46,799 nucleotides of DNA from a virus (IMGVR_UViG_2597490154_000003), one strand, 5' to 3'; shown: positions 11,233 through 22,365, counted from the stretch's first letter. Notes: generated by a model not told the origin, from the letters alone. Program-made: numbers and translations.

Positions 11233-12063
11233 ACCGGACTCCTCCTGCGATCCCTTCTGATACTGTCATCAGCATTACGTCATCCTCCGTCATGCCCGCC
11301 ATATCCGGGGAAGCGGGGATAACTTCATTTCCGTCCGGGTCAAAGCGGACGCCTCCGGTAAGCCCTGCCGCTTTCTGCATCAGCACATCATCTTCAGGCT
11401 CTTCGTCATCCTCACGCCGGTTCAGCAAACTGAAATCCAGCGGATGCATATCCGGATCGCTGAAAAACAGGCTGAGCACAGTGTACGTCAGCCCGGAAAA
11501 GTGCATATCCAGCAGAACATCATGAAAATAATGGGTACTGTAAAAGCGGTGCCAGTCGGCATACTCCGTGGATGACATCCCGGCAAGCATGGCGCGCCAG
11601 TCAGGTCGCCCCATCTCTCGCGCCAGTTTCAGGGCAAAACTCAGCTCACCGTCGAACACTTTCCCGCAGAAACAGGCTCTGCAGGCCCGGAGTCCTCTGC
11701 CTGGTCAGGGGCATCATTCACCACAAACCCATACATACCGGACAGCCGGTACACCACGTTTTCAGCATGAGAAATTGCCTCCGCGGGCCAGGTGGTAAGC
11801 ACTTCCTGCTCAATCTGTTTAACGGCTTCATTCATGGAAGGCTGCTTTGTCTTCTGCGGATGGTTATGCCACAGGGACATCGCCACCACAAAAGCACCGG
11901 TTCTGATGGCGTCTTCCACAGTAACCTGCCGGTTGCTGTCTGACTCCGCCTGTTCTGCCTGCTGTTTCATCAGGGCGAGATGCTCAATACGCTGCAGGGC
12001 TGACAGTTCAGAAAGCGTGACGGTCACGCCGTTATGTTCAAATGATTCGGTTTTCAGGAACAT
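11225..12063 (-). CDS. GT: tail assembly chaperone G-T fusion produced by -1 programmed ribosomal frameshift
   Basis: slippery heptamer GGGAAAG on minus strand (plus-strand ctttccc at 11659-11665) near the 3-prime end of G; the -1 frame is open from there to 11225, immediately upstream of H. Confidence 0.75.
11641..12063 (-). CDS. G: tail assembly chaperone G
   Basis: 140 aa, begins MFLKTESFEHNGVTVTLSELSALQRIEHLALMK as lambda G. Confidence 0.9.
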   Translation of the reverse strand: MFLKTESFEHNGVTVTLSELSALQRIEHLALMKQQAEQAESDSNRQVTVEDAIRTGAFVVAMSLWHNHPQKTKQPSMNEAVKQIEQEVLTTWPAEAISHAENVVYRLSGMYGFVVNDAPDQAEDSGPAEPVSAGKCSTVS

Positions 12064-12078
12064 CGCTGACTCTCCGGA

Positions 12079-12849
12079 TTAACTGTCGGTGACAGTGATT
12101 TCTGCAACCGCAGCAAGTTCACCATTACCGGATACAACCGGAATGTTGACCTTGCCTGCAGCAACGCCGTTCACGGTGATGGTCATACCACTGACCGACA
12201 CGGTGGCTTTTGTTTTATCCGCTGACACCGCACGGAAGCTCTTGTCAGTTGCGCCCTCCGGCTGGAAGGCCACGGTCAGCGTGGTGCTCTGCCCTTTCAC
12301 CACCGAGGAGCTGGCAGGCGTCACGGTCATACCGGTTGCCGCCGTCACCGTACTGCGATCTTCTGCCATTGACGGACGGCCCACATTGGTGACCTTCACC
12401 GTACGGGTGATCACTTCCTTCGCCGTCACCGCCTTACCGATACTGCTGACCCAGCCACGGAACACATCGACCGTGCCGTTCGGGAAGCGGATTTTATAGG
12501 CACGGGTATCACCTTCATTAAACCACGCCAGCAGCGCCTGCTGCCCCTGCTCTCCGGGCATCCACGCCAGCGTGAAGCTGGTATCTCCGGCGGATTTCTG
12601 CCCCTGCCCGGTCGCGGTCCAGTCCGCATCTTCATCATCGAGATAACTGTCGTCATAGGACTCAGCGGTCAGTTCGCCGGGCGTCAGGTCTTTAATTTTT
12701 GCCAGACGCGACCAGTCATTGTCTGAAAGCGGGTTTGCATAAGGGTCGCCGCTCCCGTTATAAACCCACAGTGTGGTTCCGGCCCCTTTCACCGGTGCCA
12801 GAGGATTTGGTGTTGGCATATCGTCCTCACATTTCATAGGTAATGACAT
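12079..12849 (-). CDS. V: major tail tube protein V with C-terminal Ig-like domain
   Basis: 256 aa in lambda V position; C-terminal segment with Ig-like (Big_2-type) character. Confidence 0.9.
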   Translation of the reverse strand: MSLPMKCEDDMPTPNPLAPVKGAGTTLWVYNGSGDPYANPLSDNDWSRLAKIKDLTPGELTAESYDDSYLDDEDADWTATGQGQKSAGDTSFTLAWMPGEQGQQALLAWFNEGDTRAYKIRFPNGTVDVFRGWVSSIGKAVTAKEVITRTVKVTNVGRPSMAEDRSTVTAATGMTVTPASSSVVKGQSTTLTVAFQPEGATDKSFRAVSADKTKATVSVSGMTITVNGVAAGKVNIPVVSGNGELAAVAEITVTDS

Positions 12850-13222
12850 AAGTCAGATCGGCTGAACTCCACAGGCCCGCATCATCGTCGCGCCGGTAGT
12901 CATAGCCACTGGCCACCATACTGGTGATCAAATCTGACAGTGCCGGGATATCGCTCATCGCCGGATAAATCCGGCTTTCCATCCACGAATCCAGCTCTGA
13001 ATCCGGCACCTGAGCAGGCAGGAAAACTTCAATATGCAGCTCCGCCTGCCAGGTATCGCTGTCCAGCTCTTCGCCCGTGTATTCAGCGCCGGTGAGATAA
13101 ACGGCAATTGCCGGAAAATCCGCCTCATCAAAAACAGCGGGGCGACCATCAAAAAGCGTCGCCCCGGTGTCATGTTTTTCCAGTGCATCCAGTACGGCTG
13201 CACGGAATTCAGTATGTTTCAT
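12827..13222 (-). CDS. U: tail terminator protein U
   Basis: 131 aa, same length and position as lambda U. Confidence 0.9.
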   Translation of the reverse strand: MKHTEFRAAVLDALEKHDTGATLFDGRPAVFDEADFPAIAVYLTGAEYTGEELDSDTWQAELHIEVFLPAQVPDSELDSWMESRIYPAMSDIPALSDLITSMVASGYDYRRDDDAGLWSSADLTYVITYEM

Positions 13223-13797
13223 CGCTTTATTACCATCCTCAGTTGATGCTGCAGCGCATAGCCCAGCTCTTTCGGAAGACGCTCACGCCGTATCCGCTCA
13301 ATATTCTGTTTAAACGCCGTGGTCAGCGGCACCGCCATCGGAATTTTCACCACATCAATGGGGTAACGGTTTTTCCCGGCCACACGCTGCATGACATGCC
13401 AGCGGCCATTTTTCAGTTGCTGAATAAACGCGCCGGGAATACGACGGTTACCCACCACAAGCACGCTGCCGCCACCTTTCAGGGATGAACGCTGCCCCTT
13501 TTTACGACGCCTGCGGCGCGAAAGGACAACCCGCGCATTACCCAGCCTGATTACGGGCAAATCCCCCCGGTTAACTTTGATTCTGGCCTGCGGATTTTTG
13601 ACCGTGGCCCTTTTCAGCCTGGCCCTTTCCTTTACCAGTTTCCGGCGTACCTTTGTCTCACGGGCAACCAGTGACGCCGACTGCGATATCGCGGATGAAG
13701 CAACGCGGTTAATGGCCATTGCGGCGGCACCAGGCACTGCCGTTTTGCTGATACGGCTGAGGTTTTCAACGGCCTGCTCAAGACCTTTTATGGCCAT
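13219..13797 (-). CDS. Z: tail completion protein Z
   Basis: track ORF 13219-13863; internal ATG at 13797 gives 192 aa beginning MAIKGLEQAVENLSRIS as lambda Z. Confidence 0.8.
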   Translation of the reverse strand: MAIKGLEQAVENLSRISKTAVPGAAAMAINRVASSAISQSASLVARETKVRRKLVKERARLKRATVKNPQARIKVNRGDLPVIRLGNARVVLSRRRRRKKGQRSSLKGGGSVLVVGNRRIPGAFIQQLKNGRWHVMQRVAGKNRYPIDVVKIPMAVPLTTAFKQNIERIRRERLPKELGYALQHQLRMVIKR

Positions 13798-13808
13798 ACA
13801 TCCCCCTT

Positions 13809-14162
13809 TCAGCGGCGACGGCTGGCGGCAGGTGGTTGCCCCCGGTTGAGCCAGAGATAACAACTCCCTCCGTCATCCGGAGAAACACGGTCCACCCAGA
13901 ACATCTCGCCGTTAATGGTCAGCGTGTCACCACGCCGTACAGCACAAACCGTATCCGTAAGCACAAATAATGACGGGTTACTTCCTTCAATACGGATCCC
14001 ACTACTGGCAAAACCCAGCGACTCCGGATCGTCAAAAACGCCATGAACCTCGCCGCCACGCTGTGCACCGGAGGTGAACTGCGCACTGATGCCCATCACT
14101 TCAACAATCGTACTGTCCACCCCGGCAAGGGCGGCATCAAAGGCATTCTGAAAATCACGCAT
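13809..14162 (-). CDS. FII: head-tail connector protein FII
   Basis: track ORF 13809-14198; internal ATG at 14162 gives 117 aa; C-terminus WVDRVSPDDGGSC...RRR as lambda FII. Confidence 0.8.
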   Translation of the reverse strand: MRDFQNAFDAALAGVDSTIVEVMGISAQFTSGAQRGGEVHGVFDDPESLGFASSGIRIEGSNPSLFVLTDTVCAVRRGDTLTINGEMFWVDRVSPDDGGSCYLWLNRGQPPAASRRR

Positions 14163-14529
14163 AAACAGCCATTCCACCATCAACGTGTGTTTTTGCATCT
14201 GAGGACATAATCAGAATCACCCGACCAACATCCGCAAGCTCAACGGATTCCCCCGTTTCACCATCAACGCCACAGAGATGGAGGCAGGTCAGAACTCTGA
14301 TGCGCGTTAACGCGCCGGATGTTTCCTCACGAACATCATGAGCCGCGGTTTCCCGCTCCCGGATATCCATATTCATAACCTGTACATCATCGCCGGATGA
14401 CTGCATTTCCTCTTCCCATTCTGCCACCCGCTGCGCTATCTCTGCGGCACTCCCGGATATATCCGGCTCACGCCCCAGAATCAGGGCCAGTTCATCAAGC
14501 CGTTTCAGATTTTGCTCTTTCGTTGCCAT
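14155..14529 (-). CDS. FI: DNA packaging protein FI-like
   Basis: ORF between E and FII; ATG at 14529 preceded by GGGGG RBS; acidic protein, only loose similarity to lambda FI, assigned mainly by position. Confidence 0.6.
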   Translation of the reverse strand: MATKEQNLKRLDELALILGREPDISGSAAEIAQRVAEWEEEMQSSGDDVQVMNMDIRERETAAHDVREETSGALTRIRVLTCLHLCGVDGETGESVELADVGRVILIMSSDAKTHVDGGMAVYA

Positions 14530-14580
14530 ATCAGCCCCCTGTGAAAAAAGACACGGGGGCATTTCGCCCCCGCTCACGGA

Positions 14581-15609
14581 TTATTTCACCTGTACCACCA
14601 CAAACTCATCCGGGTCCGGCAACACCATCAGCGGCGCGGACTGCGTCATGGTAAATTCACGGGCGGGATCCCCTACCGTCAGCCAGTGTTTCGGATAACG
14701 GGAAGAGGCCACCACACCTTCGGACAACGCCTGAGCATCCTGAATGGCACCGTAACAACGGATCCCATCTGCAGCAGTATTCCCCAGAACCAGCATGCCA
14801 TCTGGAAGATAACGTTTTTCGATACCGTCTTCTGCTATATAAGACGTTTTCGCCACCACAATGGCCAGATCGCCGTAATACCCCTTGAAGGACACCACTG
14901 CGCCCAGATCTTTCACTGCCGTTTCGAGTTGAGAATTTGAACCGCGACGGGTATCCAGTTTTTCGCGGAACAGCTTAAAACCATTCAGAAGACGCCAGAC
15001 GGTACCGTCCATAATGGCAATATTCACAAGACCGCTGGCCAGGTCGCAGTAGAGGTCAATATCATGTGTAGGATCGAACGTGTCACGATCCTGTTTTGAC
15101 CACTCCTTACCACTACCCTGAGTGATGTTATTCTTCGTCGACCTGCCAAAATCGACCTCAATTTTCTCGAACTGGTCTCCTTCCATGGTGTATTTGCCAT
15201 ACAACACAGCATTTACCGCCTGCATTTCTTCCACCTGGACAATCGCGTGCTCTTCCTGTTTGAGGTTATCGGTAATGATACGCAGACGGCGGTAAGCCGG
15301 ATCATTCAGTTGAGATGGATCTTCACCAGGAAGGCGCTCAACCGCCTGCTGGTAATTAAATTCGTGTTTCGGCTTGACGTAGCCCGGACGCAACACGCGG
15401 GTTTCACCACCACGATGACGCAGCACTTTTCCTTCAACAACCGGGGAGACATAGGCCGCCACCGGCGTTTTTCCGGTAATTTTGTCCAGCATCACCTCTT
15501 CGGTATGGAAATTCACCGTACGGCGGAAAAACAGCTCCAGAAACAGCGCACGAAATTTAACTTTTTGTTCGGTATAACCGAGTAACTGGCGGGTCGTAAA
15601 CAATCCCAT
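14581..15609 (-). CDS. E: major capsid protein E
   Basis: 342 aa (lambda E 341 aa) in conserved position between D and FI. Confidence 0.9.
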   Translation of the reverse strand: MGLFTTRQLLGYTEQKVKFRALFLELFFRRTVNFHTEEVMLDKITGKTPVAAYVSPVVEGKVLRHRGGETRVLRPGYVKPKHEFNYQQAVERLPGEDPSQLNDPAYRRLRIITDNLKQEEHAIVQVEEMQAVNAVLYGKYTMEGDQFEKIEVDFGRSTKNNITQGSGKEWSKQDRDTFDPTHDIDLYCDLASGLVNIAIMDGTVWRLLNGFKLFREKLDTRRGSNSQLETAVKDLGAVVSFKGYYGDLAIVVAKTSYIAEDGIEKRYLPDGMLVLGNTAADGIRCYGAIQDAQALSEGVVASSRYPKHWLTVGDPAREFTMTQSAPLMVLPDPDEFVVVQVK

Positions 15610-15666
15610 AAATCAGTTCCTTTCATTCAGAAATCAGTCAGGCCACCGCGGTGGCCTGATAACGTG

Positions 15667-16014
15667 TTACGGCAGCGCCGCGTGACTCAGGGCACTGCCA
15701 GCAAAGGCGTTGGCCTTTTTGTGTTCATCCACACTTTCAGGCCAGTGGATTGCCTCCGTCGCAAAGGTTCCCGACTTGTAATACGTCAGCGCCGTCTCTG
15801 TGCCTTCAAGCGGCAGTACCAGTATGCCAACCGCACTACCGGCTTTCTGTCCGTCCCAGACCACCAGTTTCCCGGTGGCTTCATCCAGCATCAGGGGCGT
15901 CAGTGCCGGTGTTGGCGAGGAAATCCCGCTGCTGCCTGTGGCGGTATGAGCCGGATCATTACCGGCAAAAATACGTACTTCCGCACGCTGTTCAGTGATG
16001 GTTTTCGTCACCAT
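15667..16014 (-). CDS. D: capsid decoration protein D
   Basis: 115 aa; contains DPAHTAT motif and TPLMLD as lambda D. Confidence 0.8.
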   Translation of the reverse strand: MVTKTITEQRAEVRIFAGNDPAHTATGSSGISSPTPALTPLMLDEATGKLVVWDGQKAGSAVGILVLPLEGTETALTYYKSGTFATEAIHWPESVDEHKKANAFAGSALSHAALP

Positions 16015-16050
16015 ATTGTAAAAACCTCCTATTGATGGTCAGCACTGACT

Positions 16051-17535
16051 TCATGGCATGGCCATGAGCATTTTCACGTCCGCATCACCGTCTGCTGACG
16101 TCTGTGCCACGCCACCCTGTACCGCTGCCGGTGAATGGTTCGCCATGAAATGTTCAAACATGGCGGTTGTGGATGCAGAGACCGGTTCTGCCTTACCTGA
16201 TCCCGCAGCCAGCACAGCCCGGGCGCTCTCCACTGTCATTCCCGGGCAGGCAGCCAGCTGTTCAGCCTGCGCCTCAGCCCCTTTTGCCTCATCCAGTGCC
16301 ATGATCTGATCACGAAGTGAGGGCCCGGCATTCGCCTGCGGTGAAGCAGCCAGGATCGGGCGGGCTTTTTCCACCGTCATCTCCGGCATCGCCGCCAGCG
16401 TTGCTGCCAGTTGTTCACGACCGTTCGCTTCTTCACACGCCATAATGCGATCGGCTTCACTCTGTGCGGATGCCACCGGCTGCTGCGGTGCCGCCGCGGC
16501 CAGAATCGCCCGGGCCTGTTCAACGCTCATGCCCTGTTGCCCTGCCAGCATCGTGGCAAGCTGTTCACGTCCTTTCGCTTCCTGGCATGTCAGGATCCCC
16601 ATCACTCGCTGGTTCTCCTGCACGGCGGCTTCCGTTGCAGTTAATTGCGGCATAGTGCCTCCTCTGACATTACTGTTCAGCGCCGTGGCCATCACACTGA
16701 TGGCATCCGACGCATTGATTAATTCATCCGCCAGCCCGGCCTCAATGCCGGACTGACCTTCAAAAACGGCAGCCTCTGTTCCCGTGACGGCATCAACAGA
16801 CAGACCGGTATACATCGCCACTTTTTCGGCAAACATCCGGCGCGCCGCATCAATCCGCTGCTGCATGTCCTGGCGAACCTCTGCCGGCAACGCTTCAAAC
16901 TGATTGCCATCCACCTTGTGCGCCCCGGCATAAATCAGCGTGATATCCACACCGGCCTGCGCCAGATGACCGGCATAGCTGACATGGCTCATCATCACGC
17001 CAATGGAGCCGATACGGGATGTCTGGGTAACCAGCCGTCGGGAGCAGGCCGACGCCAGCAGCATGGCTGCAGAACAGGCCGTGTCATTACACAGTGCCCA
17101 GACCGGCTTCTGCTGCCGGAGGCGGTAAATCATGTCAGCGCAGTCAAACGCGCCGGCGGCCTGCCCGCCCGGACTGTCAATGTCCAGCAGTATGCCCCGC
17201 ACCTGGCTATCTGCCATTGCCTGCTGAAGACAGGCGACAATGCCGTCATAGCCAGTCATTCCGGAAAATGGCCGCATCCCCCCCAGCCGGTGCACCAGCG
17301 TGCCGGTCACCGGCAGTACCGCAATACCGTTCACCACCCGGTAAACACGGGCCGGTCGTTTACCTCCGGCCATGTACTCGTCCGTTTCAGCCAGCATTCC
17401 GGGTGCATCAAGCTGTACCTGCTGTTGTGGTACCGAAAGACTTGCTGCCCCCATCTCGCGCCCGAGCGCGCAAAAGAAAACCCGCGCATAGGCGGGCTCC
17501 AGAAGCAGCGGTTTCATTTGAATTGCTTGCGGCAA
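16051..17535 (-). CDS. C: capsid assembly protease C (S49/ClpP-like) with C-terminal scaffold (Nu3-like) repeat region
   Basis: 494-aa ORF in lambda C/Nu3 position; N-terminal peptidase-like region; C-terminal three tandem repeats of about 35 aa. Confidence 0.85.
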   Translation of the reverse strand: MPQAIQMKPLLLEPAYARVFFCALGREMGAASLSVPQQQVQLDAPGMLAETDEYMAGGKRPARVYRVVNGIAVLPVTGTLVHRLGGMRPFSGMTGYDGIVACLQQAMADSQVRGILLDIDSPGGQAAGAFDCADMIYRLRQQKPVWALCNDTACSAAMLLASACSRRLVTQTSRIGSIGVMMSHVSYAGHLAQAGVDITLIYAGAHKVDGNQFEALPAEVRQDMQQRIDAARRMFAEKVAMYTGLSVDAVTGTEAAVFEGQSGIEAGLADELINASDAISVMATALNSNVRGGTMPQLTATEAAVQENQRVMGILTCQEAKGREQLATMLAGQQGMSVEQARAILAAAAPQQPVASAQSEADRIMACEEANGREQLAATLAAMPEMTVEKARPILAASPQANAGPSLRDQIMALDEAKGAEAQAEQLAACPGMTVESARAVLAAGSGKAEPVSASTTAMFEHFMANHSPAAVQGGVAQTSADGDADVKMLMAMP

Positions 17536-17549
17536 TAATGTGTGAAAGA

Positions 17550-19172
17550 TTACGTCTCACGTGGTGTTGTCTCCTCTTCCGGCCTGCGACTCTCCGCTAT
17601 CTGCTGCTGATACGCCTGCGCTATCCACACCGGACGTGAGAGTCCGGCTTTTTCCCGCTCTGCAGATTCCCTGACCTGCTGGCGGAAAATGTCCTGATAA
17701 TCCTCGCCCATCAGCGCCAGCTCTTTCTCATACGTGCTCAGTCCGGCCTCAATGCGCATCACTGATTCCTGAACCTCCTTGAGCCCGTCAATGGCCATTC
17801 TTCCGGCTCCAATCCACTCAGCCCGTGACCAGGCTGATCGCGCCTGATAAAAATCAAAACGTGCCCGTGGCGGACGAATAATCCCCCGAAGAAGTGCCTC
17901 TTCCAGCCAGCAGGAAAACATCTGCGTGGCCAGCCGGGACGCAATAAATTTTCGCCGCCCCATAAAATAGCGCCACGACTCATTGGCGGAGGCGCGGGCA
18001 CTTGAGTAACTGACCTTCGAGTAATCACGGGACAACTGTTCGTAGGAAACGCCAAGACCGGCGGCGATATACCGCAGCAGCGCCTGTTCAAGCGCAGAAA
18101 ATCCATTGTCTGAATCCTGCGCTGTCTGTAGTTTCAGATCATCACCAGGGAAAAGGTGCGGAATTTTGACACCGCCCAGTGTCACGTTATTCGTGTCATA
18201 CCAGCTGGAGAACTTCTCCAGAATATTAATAAGCGGATTATCCTTCTGCTCCTGTGGCGCGCCGGCGATATATTCAAAGGCCTTTTCGGTATCAAGTTCA
18301 CTTTCAATCGTCGCTGCATACATCGCCTTCACTATGGCCGACTGAAGCTGTGTTGCCTGCAGGGAATCGAGCATCTTCAGCCGTTCCATGACGCTGTAAA
18401 ACTGATTAGCCCCACGGGTCTGCCCGTCCTCCACCGGCTCGAAAATATGCAGCATGGCCGGACGCCCGGTGGGAAGTTCACGCGGGATCCGTTCCCATCG
18501 TCCACTACCAGAGAACGGAAAATCATCCTCACAGATATGGTACGCAACGGCACGACCATATCGATCGACCTCCACACCGGCCCGCAGAAAACGGTTCCCC
18601 ATACCGTGTCCTGGCGTGTCCACCCGTTTCGGACTCACGGCTTTAAAACGCGTACGGAATAACTGCGTGGTTTCCGTATCCCAGACCGGCTGCACAAAGA
18701 TTTCGCCGTTAAACGCATGAACGCCCACACCTTCACGGATAAATTCCGTGAACGTGCGTTTTCCTTCCACGTCGATCTCGCCAAACATCCCTTCGGCGTA
18801 TTCCGACCAGGCCGCCTCCACCTCATCGACAAAGCTTTTTGCTGCGGTCTCCCGCATCCCCAGCCAGCGCCAGTTCGGACGGTAGCTGATCAGAAACATA
18901 TGCCCGACAATGTGATCCTTATGCAGAGCCACCGCATTAGCCGCTATTCCGTTATTGCGCACCAGATCATCTGCCCGGGCATTCCCCAGACGCAACGCGG
19001 GCAGCAGGGCCGCATCGGCACTCTGCGCCGGTGGCAACCACTCAGCCATTTGCCCGCCAAATCCTGCACCGCCCCCGTTGTAGCTGAGACTCTCACGAAG
19101 CGGAACGCCGTTCACATCAATCAGGACAGGCGTTCGTTTCATAACCTCACTCCCAGCGGACGACGGCGACAC
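17550..19172 (-). CDS. B: portal protein B
   Basis: 540 aa (lambda B 533 aa) between W and C. Confidence 0.9.
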   Translation of the reverse strand: MSPSSAGSEVMKRTPVLIDVNGVPLRESLSYNGGGAGFGGQMAEWLPPAQSADAALLPALRLGNARADDLVRNNGIAANAVALHKDHIVGHMFLISYRPNWRWLGMRETAAKSFVDEVEAAWSEYAEGMFGEIDVEGKRTFTEFIREGVGVHAFNGEIFVQPVWDTETTQLFRTRFKAVSPKRVDTPGHGMGNRFLRAGVEVDRYGRAVAYHICEDDFPFSGSGRWERIPRELPTGRPAMLHIFEPVEDGQTRGANQFYSVMERLKMLDSLQATQLQSAIVKAMYAATIESELDTEKAFEYIAGAPQEQKDNPLINILEKFSSWYDTNNVTLGGVKIPHLFPGDDLKLQTAQDSDNGFSALEQALLRYIAAGLGVSYEQLSRDYSKVSYSSARASANESWRYFMGRRKFIASRLATQMFSCWLEEALLRGIIRPPRARFDFYQARSAWSRAEWIGAGRMAIDGLKEVQESVMRIEAGLSTYEKELALMGEDYQDIFRQQVRESAEREKAGLSRPVWIAQAYQQQIAESRRPEEETTPRET

Positions 19173-19345
19173 CGGGTTGTCCCCAGTACCGACTCCGCAT
19201 CATTGATCGCCCGGTTAAGCTCATCCAGAGAAGCCGCCGTATATTCAATTCTGCGACCATCTTTCTGGACAGACACCACCCGTTTACCGGTTAATAAATC
19301 AAGGCGCGCCTGACGCAGCGCCTGCAGTTCAGCGACTGTAACCAT
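19139..19345 (-). CDS. W: head-tail joining protein W
   Basis: 68 aa, same size and position as lambda W. Confidence 0.85.
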   Translation of the reverse strand: MVTVAELQALRQARLDLLTGKRVVSVQKDGRRIEYTAASLDELNRAINDAESVLGTTRCRRRPLGVRL

Positions 19346-21257
19346 TCACTCCTCCGGACAGCTTCGCTGCCAGTTCTTTAAGGGTTGGCCGGGTCGTCTC
19401 TTCTTCCCGGGATTTTGCCAGTACAGCCAGATCAAGCTGCCAGCGTTGCACGGACACACGTAATGCCGCGTAGGCATACACCAGGCAGTCCAGCGCTTCG
19501 TTACGCCGCTTTTTGTTATCCCACAGCAGACGCATCTTTCCTTTTTCCCACTTCTCCACAAGCTCTTCCGCGACCAGTTGCTGCGCCTCTGTCTGCGAAA
19601 AAATCTCCGGATCATCAGGAAAACGGATGGCATACGACGTGGCTTCATCCGCAGGCGTGGGCTCGGCTTTCATACGGGCATAGAGAATTTCTTTTGCGGT
19701 GTCCGTCCCCACTTCACACAGATAAACGCCCCGCTGATTGCGGGTTTTCGGCATGGTGATCACCGGCTTGCCATAGACAGACGCGCCTTTTACCGGCAGC
19801 ACCCGGAAAACACCGTGTTTTTTTGACCTCTGATAAACGATTTCGCCATCGATCCCCCCGATGTCCCAGCAGACACGGGAAATGGTCATTTCGGTTCCGT
19901 CTGCATGGCGGTATTTTTTGTTGATCGCCGCATCCACACGTAACAGCGTCTCTTCCTCATCGGGACGCCCCATAATGATGATTTTATCCACCAGAAAGGC
20001 TTCCTCTCCCGGAGCCCATCCCCAGACATACATCTCAAAACGGTTTCGCTGCGAGTCAATGCCCGCCGTCAGATAAACCACCCGGGCAGGCACCGCCGCC
20101 GTGTAACGCACAACCTTATCCATCAGCACCTGGTGATCGAGTTTTTCGCCCACAGCCTCTTCCCAGGTCTCGCCCAGCGTGGTGTTCACAAAGGTTTTCA
20201 GGCCGTTGGGATCTTTCAGTGCATCCAGCCAGTCATAGACAATCTGTACCCAGGTGGTGAACGGACTGTACGCCGTCCAGATATGGAAAGTGATGGAGCG
20301 CGGCGGCGGAATTTCATCACCCCGGGCGCTGAAAAACATCAGGCCGTCACGGGTCCACATGCCCGTGTTTTCACAGATCCACCGCCCGTTACTCTGGTCA
20401 AGCTCAGACTGATGGATCACACAGCCATGATGCTCACAAAGGTAGAAAACACTTTCTGGCTTATTCTTCTCCCACTTAAGACCGAAAGGCGAGGCATCAT
20501 CGCCAAATTTCAGATACTGCTCCTCCCCACAGTGCGGACAGGGCACATAAAAACGCATGAAGTGTGCCGACTCGTTAGCGGCTTTTTCGATCTGGCAGGA
20601 GCCTTTGATTTTAGGCGTCGAGCCGCGAATGGATTTTGGCCATACAGAGCCCTCAATACGTTTATCCCCCAGCAGGGTTGGCGAACCCTCTTTTTCAACA
20701 TCCGGTTCGAACGAGGAAAGCTCGTCATAACAGACCACATCCACGGATTTTTCACGGTAGTTTTTTGCTGCCGCACCACCCAGACACCAGAACCCCACAC
20801 CGGAGGAAAAACGCTTCAGGGTGAGCGTATTATCGCGGTGTTTTCTTCCGAACCATGGAGCCAGCTCCAGCAATGCAGGAACATCCCTTATCGTTGGCTC
20901 AACATGAGATTTCATAAAATCTTCAGCAGCTGAGTCCGTGGGCTGAAAAAGAAGGCTGTTGCGTGATTTATGCTCAATAAAATAAGCCTCCACTCCCAGC
21001 AACATCTTTGTATAACCAACACGGGCAGATTTAATCAGGTTAACCGTGCGAATCAGATCGTTGCCCATACAGTTCATGATGCCAACCTGAAACGGCAGTG
21101 TTTCCCATCGCCCCGGGGTATAAGACGACTCTTTAGGAAGGTAATAATGTTTATTGGCCCACTGAACTGTCGTCAGTGGAACAGGAATAATGAGAGATAA
21201 AAGCCCTGTAGCTATCGCACCGGCTGCATTAGCTGCCTTCTGCGCGTCTGAAATCAT
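19329..21257 (-). CDS. A: terminase large subunit A
   Basis: track ORF to 21299; ATG at 21257 with GGTGGA RBS gives lambda-like overlap with Nu1; [15 protein letters not shown] and many conserved blocks match lambda gpA. Confidence 0.9.
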
Positions 21258-21777
21258 CGATCCACCCGCCCACGTTTTCACCGGCCTTAGCTGCAACATT
21301 GGAGGCTTTCGCGATTTCAGTTTTCACCACATCAAGGTGTGATGGTGAAATGTCCGGATATTTACGCTGTAATGTCAACGGCACACGCACAAGTATCCCC
21401 GAAATCTCCTGTGCCACACGTTGCAGAATGAAGGTAAACAGTTCAGTTTCCAGCACTACTCCGTCTTCACGGGCATTTTTCAGTTCCTGCGCATCTGCCT
21501 GCGCTTTTGTGAGCCGGTAGCGTTCATAGTCAATGGTGCCGGGTTGTAAATCTGACTCCGCTGCCGCACGCAAATCGTCCAGTTCTTTGCGGAGCTTTTC
21601 GTTTTCGATATCAGTTTCCCTCTGCGCATACCACTGAATTGCCATGGCAGTATCAAATACAGATTCAATGCCCTTACTACCTTTGGAGGCGCAAGGGAGT
21701 CCCTGAGACTGCCAGCGTTCAATCGTCCGCGGGTCCACGTTGAAAATTTCGGCAAGCCTCTTTTTATTAACCTTCAT
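21229..21777 (-). CDS. nu1: terminase small subunit Nu1
   Basis: 182 aa beginning [23 protein letters not shown], similar to lambda Nu1 (MEVNKKQLADIFG...). Confidence 0.9.
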
Positions 21778-21953
21778 GAAAACAACCCATTATCAAATAC
21801 AAGGCCCGACATGAAAACGCCAGAAAAAGGCATTTTCGGACACTTTCATGTCGGACCTTTACGGATGCAATATTAAAAAAAACAAAAAGTTATATTCGAG
21901 AAGTACCGACACGATTTTCCCTGAAAAATTTTCATAAATAGTGAAAAACCGCG

Positions 21954-21965
21954 AGGTCGCCGCCC
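21954..21965. other. cos: cosN cohesive-end site (12-nt)
   Basis: plus strand aggtcgccgccc is the reverse complement of the lambda cohesive end GGGCGGCGACCT; flanking sequence (GGGCGGCGACCTCGCGG, TTTATGAAAATTTT) matches the lambda left end; lies about 180 bp upstream of Nu1. Confidence 0.8.
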
Positions 21966-22113
21966 CGTAACCTGTTGGATCGACGGAAAGGACCCGAAAA
22001 CGAGAATAATTATCACTTACAGCAAGAATCGAATCTGATCTATTATGGTGCTTGCTATTATGTGCCGGCACAAGTGCGTCGTTTACCGTCATTTCACACA
22101 GAGGCATCATCAA

Positions 22114-22365
22114 ATGAAAATCAGAAATATTCTCGCTATCTCCCTTGCGACATCATCCTTCAGTTGCCTGGCATTTAAATCCTCGCCCAATGTGCTACCA
22201 GGACCAACGAATCAACTAACTGCGGTAGAAAGTAAAATTATCGGACATTTTTATGCCCCACACAGTACATTACCCGGAACAACCATCACAGGGACATGTG
22301 ACGCCTCCCCCGTCCCGGGATGCACCTGTCCGTTTTGTACTATGCTGCGTAGCCAAAACCGATAA
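22114..22365 (+). CDS. hypothetical small secreted Cys-containing protein
   Basis: internal ATG of track ORF 22045-22365; N-terminal signal-peptide-like segment MKIRNILAISLATSSFSCLA; several Cys in C-terminal part; weak RBS. Confidence 0.3.
   Translation: MKIRNILAISLATSSFSCLAFKSSPNVLPGPTNQLTAVESKIIGHFYAPHSTLPGTTITGTCDASPVPGCTCPFCTMLRSQNR

Noticed and set aside
16918-17639. 206-aa and 181-aa plus-strand ORFs
   Set aside because: Antisense to the C protease/scaffold gene and the B portal start; no independent support.
20133-20933. 266-aa plus-strand ORF
   Set aside because: Antisense within terminase large subunit A.
21859-22113. 84-aa minus-strand ORF
   Set aside because: Spans cosN and the cos-flanking non-coding region that matches the lambda ends; no gene is expected across the cohesive end site.
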